A program made the position numbers and the translations under genes. From positions 166,111-230,110 of the IMG/VR virus record IMGVR_UViG_3300029993_000005: 64,000 nucleotides of DNA. One strand, 5' to 3'. Below are positions 9,379 to 20,248 of the stretch, one piece after another (position 1 is the first letter of the stretch; every line of letters starts with the position of its first letter). The notes under the pieces are model-generated. The model did no database searches. It worked only from the letters and a program-made list of their open reading frames with translations, and had not been told where the DNA came from.

Positions 9379-11640
9379 ATGAACGTAGTCCACAGTATCA
9401 GACTAAAAGACGTAGGTGTTTTTAAAGACGTCGAGCTTAAGGTAGAGCCTGGCATTACAGTTCTGTACGGACTGAACCGAAGTGGTGGACGAGCCTCAAA
9501 GAACTCGAATGGTGTGGGCAAGTCCCTGATTACCAGTTCTTTGGCTGATCTCTTGTACGAGGAGCCTATTGTTGGTGAAAAGTCTGATCGTATGCGTGTC
9601 GGTAGCCGTTATACGTCGTTCACCGATTATAGGGGACGTAAAGTAGACTTGAGTCGAGTTATGAACGGGCGTTCCGAAAAGATTGGAATTTCTGTTGATG
9701 ATAAAGAATTAAAGCTTAGGACGTCTACCTACAACAGACAGACCCTGAAAAAGCTGTGGCCTATTAGTCAAGAAGAATATCAGACCTACGTTCATATAGA
9801 TGGTCGAATTCCACACCCCTTGGTCATGGGAAAAAGCGTTGAACGCAAAGCATTCTTTACTGCGTTCTTCGGCTTGGACAAAATGGATGCTGAACGCAAA
9901 CTCTACACTGCTGAATTATCCAAATTATCCAAGATAAAATCTGCGTTCCAAGAATTAAGGACTGCTTACACTAAAGCAAAATTAGATTTATTGGACACCG
10001 AGGCAGAGACTCAAGTCACTGAGCTGGTCACCAAGTACAGACAGCAACTAAAGAACGTACAGCAACGGTTCAATAAGGCACAAGACATATTGCGTTTACT
10101 GAACTTTGCGACATCCGCAAAGTCCCATATCTCTACATTGGCCAAGGCCTGTGGGGGGACTATAACGGAGGAAGAGGTTGAACGCTGTGTGTCAGATAAT
10201 AAATGGGAATTGAAGAAAGCTACTTCCGACCTAGAAGACGCTGAGAACTGGACGCTATACCAACGCGAAACTTCGAACTACACAAAGGCTATCGAGAAAT
10301 TAAGTAAGAGCACGAGAGCTAGGATAGAAAAATATGGAGTCAAGAAGGCCTTGACCCTGGCTAAAGCGAAGACCAAAGAGCGACGCGAACTTCTTCATAA
10401 ATCAGAAGAACTAAGAGAAGAAATAGGCACCGCCAAATATGCATTAGACCGATTAAAACTCGAACGCGTGATGAGACCTCAAGGGGAATTAGCTGATCTT
10501 GAAACAGCGCTTAGGTCCTACGTGCATCAGTTGGAACATGCCTTACAGTTCAAGTCGGGTACGTGTGAAACTTGTGGGCAATCTGTGACAGTAAAAGACC
10601 CGAGGACCCTAGAGTCCAAGGTCACTAAATTGAGGTCGCAAATTGAACAGCATAGGACCTACACTGAGTTCAAGAAGGCCCAGGCAGAGAGAACTAAACT
10701 AACAGAGATTTTTACATCGGCTAGTGCTGAACTTGAAGAGGTAAAAGCTAAAAGTTTAGCATTAACTACATGGTCTTCTGTCTACGAAGAACTGATTGAT
10801 CTTCCGTCCAAACCTTCTCCGTTTGAAGGCAAGAAATTGCAGGCTGAGGTCATGCGCAGGGTCATGGCTGAATTAGTTGAGCGCAGATCCTTGTTCGATT
10901 ATTTAGTGCCCCATCTAGAAACTATTCTTGAGTTCCAGGCATTGACCAAAGACGACTTGGAGTTGGCTACCCAAGTTGATGATATGTCAGAACGCATGAA
11001 TCGGGTTCAAGAGCGGTTGGCTAAGGTTCAGGTCAAGCTTGAAGTGCATAAAACGGTGAAGACTCGTATCTCTGAAATGAGAACCCGTCTTGTATCAATG
11101 AAGCACGAATTAAAAGACGAACCGGCACTTAAGTTATTAGTCCAAGGTTTCCAAGATAAGGTCATGAAGAAGATGGCTGTCGAGGCTATTGGTCAACGCT
11201 TAATGGCATTAGTCAACACTTATGCGGCAGCAGCCTTTCCTGAGAACTATAGGTTCGAGATTCAATGGGGTTCACAAGTCGATATCTTGGTTCATCGAAA
11301 ATATGGCAAGCGTGTATTGACGTCAGATGTTCGAAAACTCTCTGGTGCCGAATCTACAATATTTACACTGATATTGGTATGTGCACTTTTTGCTTTCGTT
11401 CCGTCACACAAACGCTGCAATCTTTTGATACTGGATGAACCGAGTGCTCGTCTATCGAAAGAAATGACTGACGTACTGCAACACTTGCTTAAGGTCCTCA
11501 ACAAATTCATACCTTCAATCATTGTTGTGACGCCTAAAAACGATGAAATTTTTGAGGGTGCCCGAGCACTCACAATTGTCAAACAGAATGGTTACGCAAC
11601 AATTAGATCGGGTTTCCCTCATCAACAAACTAGCAATTGA
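9379..11640 (+). CDS. sbcC: SbcC/Rad50-like ABC ATPase
   Basis: NGVGKS Walker A, coiled coils, CETC zinc hook, LSGAE signature, LILDEP Walker B. Confidence 0.88.
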   Translation: MNVVHSIRLKDVGVFKDVELKVEPGITVLYGLNRSGGRASKNSNGVGKSLITSSLADLLYEEPIVGEKSDRMRVGSRYTSFTDYRGRKVDLSRVMNGRSEKIGISVDDKELKLRTSTYNRQTLKKLWPISQEEYQTYVHIDGRIPHPLVMGKSVERKAFFTAFFGLDKMDAERKLYTAELSKLSKIKSAFQELRTAYTKAKLDLLDTEAETQVTELVTKYRQQLKNVQQRFNKAQDILRLLNFATSAKSHISTLAKACGGTITEEEVERCVSDNKWELKKATSDLEDAENWTLYQRETSNYTKAIEKLSKSTRARIEKYGVKKALTLAKAKTKERRELLHKSEELREEIGTAKYALDRLKLERVMRPQGELADLETALRSYVHQLEHALQFKSGTCETCGQSVTVKDPRTLESKVTKLRSQIEQHRTYTEFKKAQAERTKLTEIFTSASAELEEVKAKSLALTTWSSVYEELIDLPSKPSPFEGKKLQAEVMRRVMAELVERRSLFDYLVPHLETILEFQALTKDDLELATQVDDMSERMNRVQERLAKVQVKLEVHKTVKTRISEMRTRLVSMKHELKDEPALKLLVQGFQDKVMKKMAVEAIGQRLMALVNTYAAAAFPENYRFEIQWGSQVDILVHRKYGKRVLTSDVRKLSGAESTIFTLILVCALFAFVPSHKRCNLLILDEPSARLSKEMTDVLQHLLKVLNKFIPSIIVVTPKNDEIFEGARALTIVKQNGYATIRSGFPHQQTSN

Positions 11641-12377
11641 AAACTATGACTATACTTGGAGCATTCGGAGTTGTTCATCTATCACCATTAGAGGTGGTTC
11701 AGGCCCTAACCGAATTAAGAACCTCATATACGTTGGTCAGCCGTGAACGTAATTTGAAGGTCCATACTTCAGATGGACTATGCGAGGCACAACCGGCATG
11801 GCCTATTGTCATTGACTCATTAAAGGCTCTCAATAAAGTCAGAGGTGTTCCTCATGATCGGCATGTCTACCTGATAGTTGATAGCAGGGCTGCACTTTCA
11901 CATACCAACGTTGATAAAACGCTGTGGCCCGAATCAGGGACTCAAGCTGAGTTCAGGACTAATCTTAAAAAAGCGTTGAGATTAGCGGCTAAGTCTACAT
12001 ATGAATGGCGGCTAGTCAACAGTGAACCCTCGATTACGGAGTATGTGAATTCAGCGACGAAGCCCTCATTCTTGAACTTCATTCAGACAGAGCTATACAA
12101 GATCACGAACTATCAATTGCGTAAAGAGGTACAGGGGCTAACCATTGCCTATTTGGCGGGGGCACTGCCTATCTCTGTACTGAGGCGTCGTATCAAGAGC
12201 AGTCATAAATTAACTGCTCTTGGGACCTATGTTCTTTCTGACAAGGCCAAACAGTTGAAGGACGCAATAGCTATGCTGAAGACCACGTCTATGGAACAGG
12301 TAGTCAAATCCACGGGTTTCCAGCAGTTTGAACTAATGTATGTGACAACCAGTCACGCTAAGTCCAGTTTGAAATAG
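11637..12377 (+). CDS. Hypothetical protein in the replication operon
   Basis: 246-aa ORF overlapping the sbcC stop. Confidence 0.7.
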   Translation: MKTMTILGAFGVVHLSPLEVVQALTELRTSYTLVSRERNLKVHTSDGLCEAQPAWPIVIDSLKALNKVRGVPHDRHVYLIVDSRAALSHTNVDKTLWPESGTQAEFRTNLKKALRLAAKSTYEWRLVNSEPSITEYVNSATKPSFLNFIQTELYKITNYQLRKEVQGLTIAYLAGALPISVLRRRIKSSHKLTALGTYVLSDKAKQLKDAIAMLKTTSMEQVVKSTGFQQFELMYVTTSHAKSSLK

Positions 12378-12424
12378 ACAATTTTATAAAGTAAGTCGAC
12401 AATTCAATCTGGAGTTATAAAAGC

Positions 12425-12799
12425 ATGACTTCCTATATCCGGCTGTACTTGGTTCCCACACAACCGACAGCTACTCAGCAAGTGATAGACGTAGATTCAA
12501 CCCTATTGGTCTTGTCCCAAGGTCAGTTTTTACCTGTTCAAAGTGCACCTACTTTGACTCTAGTAGGGACACCTACCAGTTCTAGTTTTGATCCGTTCAC
12601 CAGTGCGCAACTAGCTTTAACAATTAGTACGGAGCAGACTCAAGAAATAAAAGTATGTTGGCGAGAACCTGTAGGCACCGATCAGTTTCCTAATGAAGAT
12701 GTGATCACAGAAGTTGACCCGAGTGGTGGAACCTGTGTTTGCGGCATAACCTGCAACGGCACTGACTTGGCCTATGTTATGGTCCAAAACGTAGCCTAA
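12425..12799 (+). CDS. Hypothetical beta-rich protein, possibly a virion component
   Basis: ORF preceded by an AATTTTAT motif; Thr/Val-rich. Confidence 0.65.
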   Translation: MTSYIRLYLVPTQPTATQQVIDVDSTLLVLSQGQFLPVQSAPTLTLVGTPTSSSFDPFTSAQLALTISTEQTQEIKVCWREPVGTDQFPNEDVITEVDPSGGTCVCGITCNGTDLAYVMVQNVA

Positions 12800-12817
12800 A
12801 TTTAAAAGGATTTTCAA

Positions 12818-13660
12818 ATGTCGAGTAATCAATATGGGCTTCCCTTGGCTAAGCCTATTACCCAGTCAATACTTCCCATCGTTATGCCTGATGGTCGGCT
12901 TTACGGGTTTTATCCAATTAGCGAGCACACATTCACAGGTACTGAAACTTCATTTGCACTAAGTCAAGGCTCGGTTCCTATCACCACTGTAACGTTGGCA
13001 CCAAAAGTTTATACCAATGTTTATGATGAACAGCGTGTTGAACAATACATGGCAGCTCAATGGCCGTCCAATACTGAAGGTGTGTTCCCTTGGCGCGGTT
13101 ACGAAGAACTGGTAACCGTTGACCAGCCACAGAATATTGGGACTTATAGCTGGTGGTCAATGCCTGTCAATCACATCATGAAGCACTTCGGGCGCGGTAT
13201 CCTGTGGAACGCCTTAATGTTCAACATGAATCAAACACCGTTTGTGCCTACACCTCCGGAGCCGCCTGTCGTGACTACACCCCAAGTTCTCCAATGGGCG
13301 ACGTCCCTTAATCAACAGGCTTTTAGTCAAGACTGTGCGTTTATCGACTTTAACTGGGTGAATCTGTTTCAAGCCGTGATTGTGAGCGATCCAAGCCAAG
13401 AAGGTAACGGCGTGGTGCCCATGTCTATCTCGACGGTTAGCAACCCCACTGGCGGCTATTTTAAGGCCTCTGTGGTGACCGGGGCGACCGTAGGTCAAAC
13501 TATTTATCCGGGTGGTGGCGCGGTCTTTAATACCGTGCGTATTTTGCGCCTTCAAGATCCACCGGCTGGCACCTACACGTTCAACTTCAACATCACGTAC
13601 ACGTTGAACGGCAGCAACACAATGAACGTGCCAGCAGTCTTGACCTTAACTGTTGTGTAA
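12818..13660 (+). CDS. Probable virion protein with an Ig-like C-terminus
   Basis: C-terminal P.AGTYTFNFNITYT..V..VLTLTV beta-sandwich pattern. Confidence 0.55.
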   Translation: MSSNQYGLPLAKPITQSILPIVMPDGRLYGFYPISEHTFTGTETSFALSQGSVPITTVTLAPKVYTNVYDEQRVEQYMAAQWPSNTEGVFPWRGYEELVTVDQPQNIGTYSWWSMPVNHIMKHFGRGILWNALMFNMNQTPFVPTPPEPPVVTTPQVLQWATSLNQQAFSQDCAFIDFNWVNLFQAVIVSDPSQEGNGVVPMSISTVSNPTGGYFKASVVTGATVGQTIYPGGGAVFNTVRILRLQDPPAGTYTFNFNITYTLNGSNTMNVPAVLTLTVV

Positions 13661-13702
13661 CTAGTAAATAGACTATAACGAAAACAACAAAGCCCCTTCC
13701 CG

Positions 13703-14773
13703 ATGAACGCAACTATAGATTCAGATCTGATTCAAGAAGCACTGAGGGTAGCTCTACGTTTGAGTCCTCCAAGCTCAGGTAACGTAACCCTAAATTCGGA
13801 TGGCACCAAACTATTTCTAATCTCTAGTGCTGAACTCAGCCGGTGCCGAGTTCTAGTTCCATGCGTCCTTGAGGGTGAAGCCTTATTCGCGATTCCAACA
13901 GCCGCGATTCAAGCTTCGGTCAAGGGCCGCAAGGAACTGTCAATTGTCTACGACAAGACTGTGCTCAATATAAAAAGTGGGCGATACAAAGCACAGTTGG
14001 CAACCGTAGACGCCATTCAAATGGACGAGGGTGACGAGAAAGCAGCCGACATTAAGACGTGGGTCATTACAGCGGAACAGCTTGAATGGTTAAGAACTGC
14101 TGTTGCTGCTGTAGCATTAAAGCCAACGGCTAATGTCACGGCATTCATGCCGGTCTCCATCAAGTTGGGCCCCAAATATGCGTTTGTTGCGTGCTACGAT
14201 GAACAACACATGGCATTTGCTTTTGATCGATCAATGAAAGGTGACTTGGAAGTTACTATTCCATTGGATACGTTGACCGCTGTCTTAGACACATTCAAGA
14301 ACCTAAGTTGTAAACTGCAGGTCACGCCATCGGCCCTCCACGTTCGAAATAAATTGGTTAGCGTCCAACTAGCACTTCCGTCTATGGAAGATCAGAAGAT
14401 CAACGGGTCTGATGTATTAGAGAAGTCAAAAGAAGTACTCAAGGTTGATGGACAGTCCATTATATTCGTCAAGAAAGACGTTTTGATATTCTTGGATAAT
14501 GCCAGAGCCGTTGCAGAAAAAAGTCGAATGGAACTTAAGGTTAGTACCGAAGTTGGAAAACTAGGACTATCCGTTACAACAGGTCAGGGGCGCGCACAGG
14601 CTACGATCAAGGCTAACACAAAGGCAGAAACCAGTTTCAAAGTAGACTTTGAATTCTTCGAGGAAGCGGTCCGCAAGTGCACGGATGATATCCAGATGAA
14701 GGTAGTAGGTTCAGACTTTCTTTCGTTTGTGGGCAAGAACGCTACCATCCTTGTAGCCTTAAACGAGGACTAA
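13703..14773 (+). CDS. dnaN: DNA polymerase III beta-like sliding clamp
   Basis: 356 aa with three-domain alternating pattern and clamp-like C-terminus; in an operon with a DnaX-like gene. Confidence 0.7.
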   Translation: MNATIDSDLIQEALRVALRLSPPSSGNVTLNSDGTKLFLISSAELSRCRVLVPCVLEGEALFAIPTAAIQASVKGRKELSIVYDKTVLNIKSGRYKAQLATVDAIQMDEGDEKAADIKTWVITAEQLEWLRTAVAAVALKPTANVTAFMPVSIKLGPKYAFVACYDEQHMAFAFDRSMKGDLEVTIPLDTLTAVLDTFKNLSCKLQVTPSALHVRNKLVSVQLALPSMEDQKINGSDVLEKSKEVLKVDGQSIIFVKKDVLIFLDNARAVAEKSRMELKVSTEVGKLGLSVTTGQGRAQATIKANTKAETSFKVDFEFFEEAVRKCTDDIQMKVVGSDFLSFVGKNATILVALNED

Positions 14774-14778
14774 TTGAC

Positions 14779-15192
14779 ATGGCGCGAACTAAAGTTAAGG
14801 ACGAAGAACCGACAGTCCCCATCAAGATGTTGCTGGATGTTGAGCCTGGGCTTTTCTACGAAGTTGGGGATGCCCATCTAACGTTCTTCAGAGAAGAGAA
14901 GGCAACTACATTTTGGTTGGGTCCTAAAATTCCATTAGCCTGTATGTTCGAGGCCCATTGGATTGTTCTGGACGGTGAACGAGTGGGTTTGCACTTTGTT
15001 ACCCAGTTCCAGGTAACCAATGGTGGAGGCTATCTTTTAGGATACCTGAATAAAGGACGAGGAAAGGCCTCCAAAGTAGAAGTGCTCTTGAAGTCTAAGA
15101 ACATCGTCATCTACTCGTTTCCCAATAGAGGGGCGCTAATTATTGCCTGCAAGATTGGGCCTGATGTACTTACAATCTTCGAAGAGCAGTAA
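14779..15192 (+). CDS. Hypothetical protein
   Basis: ORF in a packed operon. Confidence 0.7.
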   Translation: MARTKVKDEEPTVPIKMLLDVEPGLFYEVGDAHLTFFREEKATTFWLGPKIPLACMFEAHWIVLDGERVGLHFVTQFQVTNGGGYLLGYLNKGRGKASKVEVLLKSKNIVIYSFPNRGALIIACKIGPDVLTIFEEQ

Positions 15193-15211
15193 TTCTAAAC
15201 TGGAATTAATA

Positions 15212-15760
15212 ATGGCTAAGACCGAAGAATTCGATCTGCAAGACTTACTAGCTGAAATTCGTAACGATCCAAGTTTTACCAAGTTCAAGCGTGTGGTCAG
15301 AATTACAGGCACGCGCCTGAACCTAGAAAAAGATAGAGAAGAAGCACTAGCTAGTCATGCAGCACGGACCAGCAGAACATTACACGGTTCAAAACGATAT
15401 TCCCCAAAAGACTTGATTGATGCAACGCTTACTGATGGACGGACACGTAGTCGATTAGTAGAAATCAGGGTGAAGGCCTCAAATCATATTGAGCTTTTAG
15501 AAGATGCCTGTGATGCAATCAAACATCATTTGTTCACCGAGTACCACGAACAGTTAAAAGCGTTTTCTACTGTTGATCAACGATCAGCTCTAGTCAAAAG
15601 AGTCCAACGAGTAGCCCTAAACATGGTGGCTGAAGGTCGGACCCTGCTCGATCTATTGGACCAGATCATCAAGGACATCGACCAGAACGGACATAGCTTA
15701 CGTAATTCTATGGAGCTTTTAAAGTTGCTCGACGGGGCTAAGAGTGGAGTCGTTATATGA
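15212..15760 (+). CDS. Helical hypothetical protein (UvsY-like role is speculative)
   Basis: ATG 15212 (MAKTEE) follows the previous stop; all-helical; near the UvsW-like gene. Confidence 0.55.
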   Translation: MAKTEEFDLQDLLAEIRNDPSFTKFKRVVRITGTRLNLEKDREEALASHAARTSRTLHGSKRYSPKDLIDATLTDGRTRSRLVEIRVKASNHIELLEDACDAIKHHLFTEYHEQLKAFSTVDQRSALVKRVQRVALNMVAEGRTLLDLLDQIIKDIDQNGHSLRNSMELLKLLDGAKSGVVI

Positions 15761-16233
15761 CAACAGAAACGATAAGAGTTCCTGATCTACGAAACTTCTT
15801 CAATGACATGGGGTATCTAGGAATTAGTCAGGAAGTTTCTAGTTTGTGGACCTATTATGAACGGGCAGTAAACGACGTAACTTATCAAGAATTGCGATTG
15901 GTGGGTAACTCTGTAATTATCCAACAGGCGTCCGATCAATTTGGACTATCCGTTCTAGCCTTACAAACAAATGAGTTACGAGTCTACGAGCATGCAGCAT
16001 TTATGCTGGCTCAGGCCCTACCCTATTTCGTGCGTGGCTCCTCTGTTCTGCACCTTCATTTTCTAGGCACCGGTTACCAAGCATTTATAGGATTGGACCT
16101 GAGTCTATTAGGCCTGCAAGCAGAATTGATAAAGTTGGAAGGATCGTTAGAACTAGTAAATAGACATGGAGTACCCTACGACAAAGAAATATCCAAAGTC
16201 ACAGGTGCTCTAGTTAAGGTAAAAGGAAAATAA
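15757..16233 (+). CDS. Hypothetical protein
   Basis: ATGA overlap with the upstream gene. Confidence 0.7.
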   Translation: MTTETIRVPDLRNFFNDMGYLGISQEVSSLWTYYERAVNDVTYQELRLVGNSVIIQQASDQFGLSVLALQTNELRVYEHAAFMLAQALPYFVRGSSVLHLHFLGTGYQAFIGLDLSLLGLQAELIKLEGSLELVNRHGVPYDKEISKVTGALVKVKGK

Positions 16234-16234
16234 A

Positions 16235-16729
16235 ATGAACAATAATTATTTGGTAGCTACAGCACCTTCATTGTCATCAGCTACGGTTGATGCCTCGGGA
16301 TCTCGCCATTTCGTTTTGATAGACCTGGGTGAGTTAGGTCCCTGGTCCCTTGCTTCTTTAGCTGTCAATCAAAAATTGAATATCCGGACCTTGTCACTAA
16401 ACCCTAAATACGACTATTCAACTGATATTTCCGCAGACGAAGGTTCAGCTATCGTTAAATTTCTCGTGTCTATGGTTGCTCAATTCGGTAAAGCCCCGTT
16501 GATTATTACCGGCAGTCCGGCCGTGACCCTAGCCTTGGCACTAACTGTGCAGTATGCAACAAACAACCCAGACTTGAAGAACCTGAACATCGTATTAACG
16601 GCCGAAGTCGATCCTCAGTCCCAGTCAAATGTGGCGGTCAACCGTGTATCCTTGAGTAATAGTGAAATATCTGGAATATCTGCTTTGGGGTCGCCCACGA
16701 GTTTAAATCTAGCTTTCACCAGCGTTTGA
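16235..16729 (+). CDS. Hypothetical protein
   Basis: ORF in a packed operon. Confidence 0.7.
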   Translation: MNNNYLVATAPSLSSATVDASGSRHFVLIDLGELGPWSLASLAVNQKLNIRTLSLNPKYDYSTDISADEGSAIVKFLVSMVAQFGKAPLIITGSPAVTLALALTVQYATNNPDLKNLNIVLTAEVDPQSQSNVAVNRVSLSNSEISGISALGSPTSLNLAFTSV

Positions 16730-16735
16730 TGTGAT

Positions 16736-18271
16736 ATGACAGGCACTATCACCATCCATGCACGAGAGGCATTCTTCATCAAGAAACAGGATATTAGTCC
16801 TAAAATAAGATCAACGTTGATCGACAAATATCGTCACATGTTTTATGAGGTTAAAGCCTGCAAAAAATGCGAGTTCTATGAAGAAAGATTGGCTGACGAG
16901 AAACAGCATCTTGAGGTCTGTGACAATTGTGCAGCTTTCAAGGGTGGCGCGGAACTGGCAACAGAAGTTAAGGTAGGTAAGAATTCGTATATCCGAACAC
17001 CTCTGGGCAATCCTGGGCCTTTAAAATCGGTGCTGGACCATCAAGAAATTAAGTACAAGTTCAAGTCCCATTTTCCGGATAAAAAGTTTAGTACCCCTAT
17101 TAAGTTCACTGGGACTTTGAGAGACTATCAACCAGAGGCCGTTGAGGCCATGGTTAAAAAGAAGCGAGGCGTAGTAAAATCCAGGGCGCGTACAGGGAAG
17201 ACGGTAATGAGTTGTGCCGCCATTTGTAGAATTGGCAAAAAAACAATTATCATGGCGTCTCAACGTGAATGGCTTTTAGGTTTTCAAGAAACATTCATCG
17301 GGTCAAAAACACAGAAAGCCTTAACTGACTGCAACCCCGATAAGATAGGTTTTGCACGCAAGATCGAGGACTTCAAAAAATACGACGTTTGTTTGGTAAC
17401 GGTTCAGACTTTCTACAGTGAAGGTGGACAGCGCTTGCTAAGAAAGATTCGTGACATGTTTTCAGTTTTAGTCTGTGACGAGGTACACACAGCAGCTGCC
17501 TCCAAATATGCCTCAGTTATTTCCAAACTTAATTGTGGCTGGAAGATAGGTCTTTCTGCGACACCCTCAAGGAAAGATTTTAAATTTTCGTTGGTACGTG
17601 ATTTGATGGGGCCAAATATCGCCGACCTTAAGGTTGCGCGGTTAAGGCCCCATGTTCGTTTGATACGTACCGAATATGTGAAGAAAGGGAAGGGACAACA
17701 ATTGTGGCCTTATATTGTTGGATCCTTAGAAAAAGATCCGAAACGTTTAAAGCTTATTGCCAAATGGGCCTTGCAGGACGTCAAGAACGGGCACATGGTA
17801 CTCATACCTTTTGCCCAAGTAGCGCCCATTAAAGCCCTCGTAGCGGCTATCAACACGATGGCTGGTAAGACCGTGGCCTACCCATTCTATGGGGGCCTTA
17901 AAAAGGCGGATAGGGATAAGTACATTGAAGGTGCGCGTCGGTACACTCACAAAATATTGGTGGGTAACATCAAACTCCTGTCCACCGGTACCAACATTCC
18001 CAGGGCCAGTTGTTTGTATGAGTCTACACTTTCTAGTAATATGGAAAATGCTGAACAGCGGGTGTCTCGTATTCTCACACCTATGGACGGCAAGATCACA
18101 CCTATTCTCCGTATCTTTTTGGATGATGCTCATGTTAGACGTGCGTGCTTAAGGACCGAATGGTTTGGGTGTATCAAGCCCATGTTCAAGCCCGTCATTT
18201 CAGAAAAAGACACAGAAATCCTGAAGGCTTATTTTGCTGACAAAGACCGGGTCCCCAAGGTGGAATGGTAG
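16736..18271 (+). CDS. SF2 DExH helicase, UvsW-like
   Basis: LRDYQPEAV Q-motif, RARTGKT, DEVH, GLSATP, STGTNIP, QRVSRI. Confidence 0.88.
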   Translation: MTGTITIHAREAFFIKKQDISPKIRSTLIDKYRHMFYEVKACKKCEFYEERLADEKQHLEVCDNCAAFKGGAELATEVKVGKNSYIRTPLGNPGPLKSVLDHQEIKYKFKSHFPDKKFSTPIKFTGTLRDYQPEAVEAMVKKKRGVVKSRARTGKTVMSCAAICRIGKKTIIMASQREWLLGFQETFIGSKTQKALTDCNPDKIGFARKIEDFKKYDVCLVTVQTFYSEGGQRLLRKIRDMFSVLVCDEVHTAAASKYASVISKLNCGWKIGLSATPSRKDFKFSLVRDLMGPNIADLKVARLRPHVRLIRTEYVKKGKGQQLWPYIVGSLEKDPKRLKLIAKWALQDVKNGHMVLIPFAQVAPIKALVAAINTMAGKTVAYPFYGGLKKADRDKYIEGARRYTHKILVGNIKLLSTGTNIPRASCLYESTLSSNMENAEQRVSRILTPMDGKITPILRIFLDDAHVRRACLRTEWFGCIKPMFKPVISEKDTEILKAYFADKDRVPKVEW

Positions 18272-18315
18272 CTTACGGCTAGTAAATAAGTATAGAACTA
18301 TCAACGAGACGAACT

Positions 18316-18477
18316 ATGTTTTTTACAACTGTCCAATCGCCTATTACGTACAACCCAACTGAGGCCTCCCTATCTTTGTTAAAAGGCCTTCATCTTCTGT
18401 ACCCACATATGATGAATGAAGATCAAACTATGTTCTACGCACCTAATGGACATAGTTTGGAGGTGAGGCTTCAATGA
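18316..18477 (+). CDS. 53-aa hypothetical protein (not in the ORF track)
   Basis: ATG 27 nt after a TAGTAAATA motif; TGA overlaps the ATG at 18474. Confidence 0.55.
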   Translation: MFFTTVQSPITYNPTEASLSLLKGLHLLYPHMMNEDQTMFYAPNGHSLEVRLQ

Positions 18478-19259
18478 ACGAGATCAATGGTGGTTCGTCC
18501 AGGGCTAAGGTCCCCTATGCTAGGGGCTCTACTTACACTAGGTCCGGGTCTAAGTCAGGGTCTCCCGTCTATGATCCTAAAGACGAGGCCTCGGTAGAAG
18601 ACCTTCAGAGTATCAATAAAAAAATAGTTAAAAAACAAGAATTAGCTAAATCAGAATCCAAATCTAGTAGTACTCGTATTATGGTGAAACAAGGAATAGC
18701 TATCAAACAGGTGGTGCCTTCATCTGTCTGGCGCTGTGCTCCATTTAAATGGGACCCCTTACCTTTTTCTGTAGAGAATGAAAAACTTAATGACAGAATT
18801 ATTGAGGCCGAGGTCCAGAACCAAGGCTTATCCATGTTTCTGGACGATGTAAGAATTCCCATTGTTTATGGTGTGTCAGGCAACCCCGATGACGTACAGG
18901 CCCGTTATTTCGCGGCCTTCCTAGTCGACGCTCATCTACAGGCCCTAGGATCAAAAGCAAATGTAGTGTGGCATACCTTGTACGGTGGATTTGACAATCC
19001 GTTACTCAAGTCCCACACGGATAACGATTTAATAGAAAAACCCTCATTATTGGTTCTCACCAATTTGAGCCCCGCTAGTACAGGGGTGAAACTGGATAAG
19101 GCTAAAGATCTGCTGGAGAAGTTTCAAGACATTCCACGTATAGTGGTCATGGCCGGTGAAGACCCTTTGTCATTCCTGTCCTGCAGACTATACAGTGAAG
19201 TAAATGCTTTAGCCTATTTCTGTCAAAGCTTGGTCAAACGAAAAATGGATATTATATGA
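18474..19259 (+). CDS. Hypothetical protein, possibly a degenerate DnaC-like helicase loader
   Basis: Alpha/beta C-terminal domain (VYGVSG, LLVLTNL, IPRIVV) lacking Walker A Lys; function inferred from context. Confidence 0.4.
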   Translation: MNEINGGSSRAKVPYARGSTYTRSGSKSGSPVYDPKDEASVEDLQSINKKIVKKQELAKSESKSSSTRIMVKQGIAIKQVVPSSVWRCAPFKWDPLPFSVENEKLNDRIIEAEVQNQGLSMFLDDVRIPIVYGVSGNPDDVQARYFAAFLVDAHLQALGSKANVVWHTLYGGFDNPLLKSHTDNDLIEKPSLLVLTNLSPASTGVKLDKAKDLLEKFQDIPRIVVMAGEDPLSFLSCRLYSEVNALAYFCQSLVKRKMDII

Positions 19260-19600
19260 AGGACCCTCAAGTTGTTATTCAGTTATCAACGTTTTCGTTA
19301 GCTAAGACTTGGAGACCAGGAGTCCGTAAGTCAAAACCTATTGCTACTCTGACCGGCGTTATTCATAACGGTGGCGGGTTTAACTGCAAATTCAGTTTCA
19401 ACTTTGGACATAGATCACAATTGGTGTTTGAGGACGCTCGTATATTTGATGGTTCCGAGCCTAAGACACTAGCTTTGTTAGTAAAGAATCGATTACTGGA
19501 TTGGGCAAAGGCAACTGATTCCATACCTGAAGAACTAAGATCCGAGCTGGTTCAAAGCATATTGAAACATGATCAAGGTCAAGGTCACGGCTCGTCATGA
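19256..19600 (+). CDS. Hypothetical protein
   Basis: ATGA-coupled chain of small ORFs. Confidence 0.65.
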   Translation: MKDPQVVIQLSTFSLAKTWRPGVRKSKPIATLTGVIHNGGGFNCKFSFNFGHRSQLVFEDARIFDGSEPKTLALLVKNRLLDWAKATDSIPEELRSELVQSILKHDQGQGHGSS

Positions 19601-19803
19601 AATGGTCAACCAATGAAAAAGTTGATAAAACGTTGCAGGACTATGCTCAAAGAGTTATTGATACTGAGGACGACAAAGAAAGATTTGCTGTAGCCCTAGG
19701 TTATATTGGTGCGGCCTGTACTTTGTACAGAGGAGAGCCATTGTTGAATAATTATATTTGTATATTAGCCCAATTAGCTTTATTTCCATTGGACATTAAA
19801 TGA
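19597..19803 (+). CDS. Hypothetical protein
   Basis: ATGA-coupled. Confidence 0.6.
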   Translation: MKWSTNEKVDKTLQDYAQRVIDTEDDKERFAVALGYIGAACTLYRGEPLLNNYICILAQLALFPLDIK

Positions 19804-20126
19804 ACAGCGATTACACCAAGTTAGTTAAAGATTTGCGGCTCCTGTATTTCACTACGGTAGTGCAAGAGCTAAATGATGAACAAACCCGTCGTTCACTAAG
19901 AATCCTGTTTCTAGAACACTGCTACTCAAGTCCCGGAATAACTAGCGCCCAAATACAATGTGATAAATCCAATAACCCACCGTCCGTTGTTGAGGCTAAG
20001 GACTTGGCGATTCGAGTTAAAGTTCAATGGTCTGCTGGTGATCAGACAATGATTTATATGTCGGTATATAAAGTCAGCGTGTTCCACAATTTAAAAGAAG
20101 TACCAAATGGGTTGAATCCAGAATGA
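19800..20126 (+). CDS. Hypothetical protein
   Basis: ATGA-coupled. Confidence 0.6.
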   Translation: MNSDYTKLVKDLRLLYFTTVVQELNDEQTRRSLRILFLEHCYSSPGITSAQIQCDKSNNPPSVVEAKDLAIRVKVQWSAGDQTMIYMSVYKVSVFHNLKEVPNGLNPE

Positions 20127-20248
20127 GAAGTAAGTTAAGGCGCAAATGCGCTATCTGTTGGTGGCTAGTCCTAGTATTTGTGGTTGTCCCAATATCGACT
20201 TATTTATATGTAGCAGCGGTCTTAACCGAGGGTTCTCAATATGAATAG
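20123..20248 (+). CDS. 41-aa single-pass membrane peptide (not in the track)
   Basis: MRSKLRRKCAICWWLVLVFVVVPISTYLYVAAVLTEGSQYE; ATGA-coupled. Confidence 0.55.
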   Translation: MRSKLRRKCAICWWLVLVFVVVPISTYLYVAAVLTEGSQYE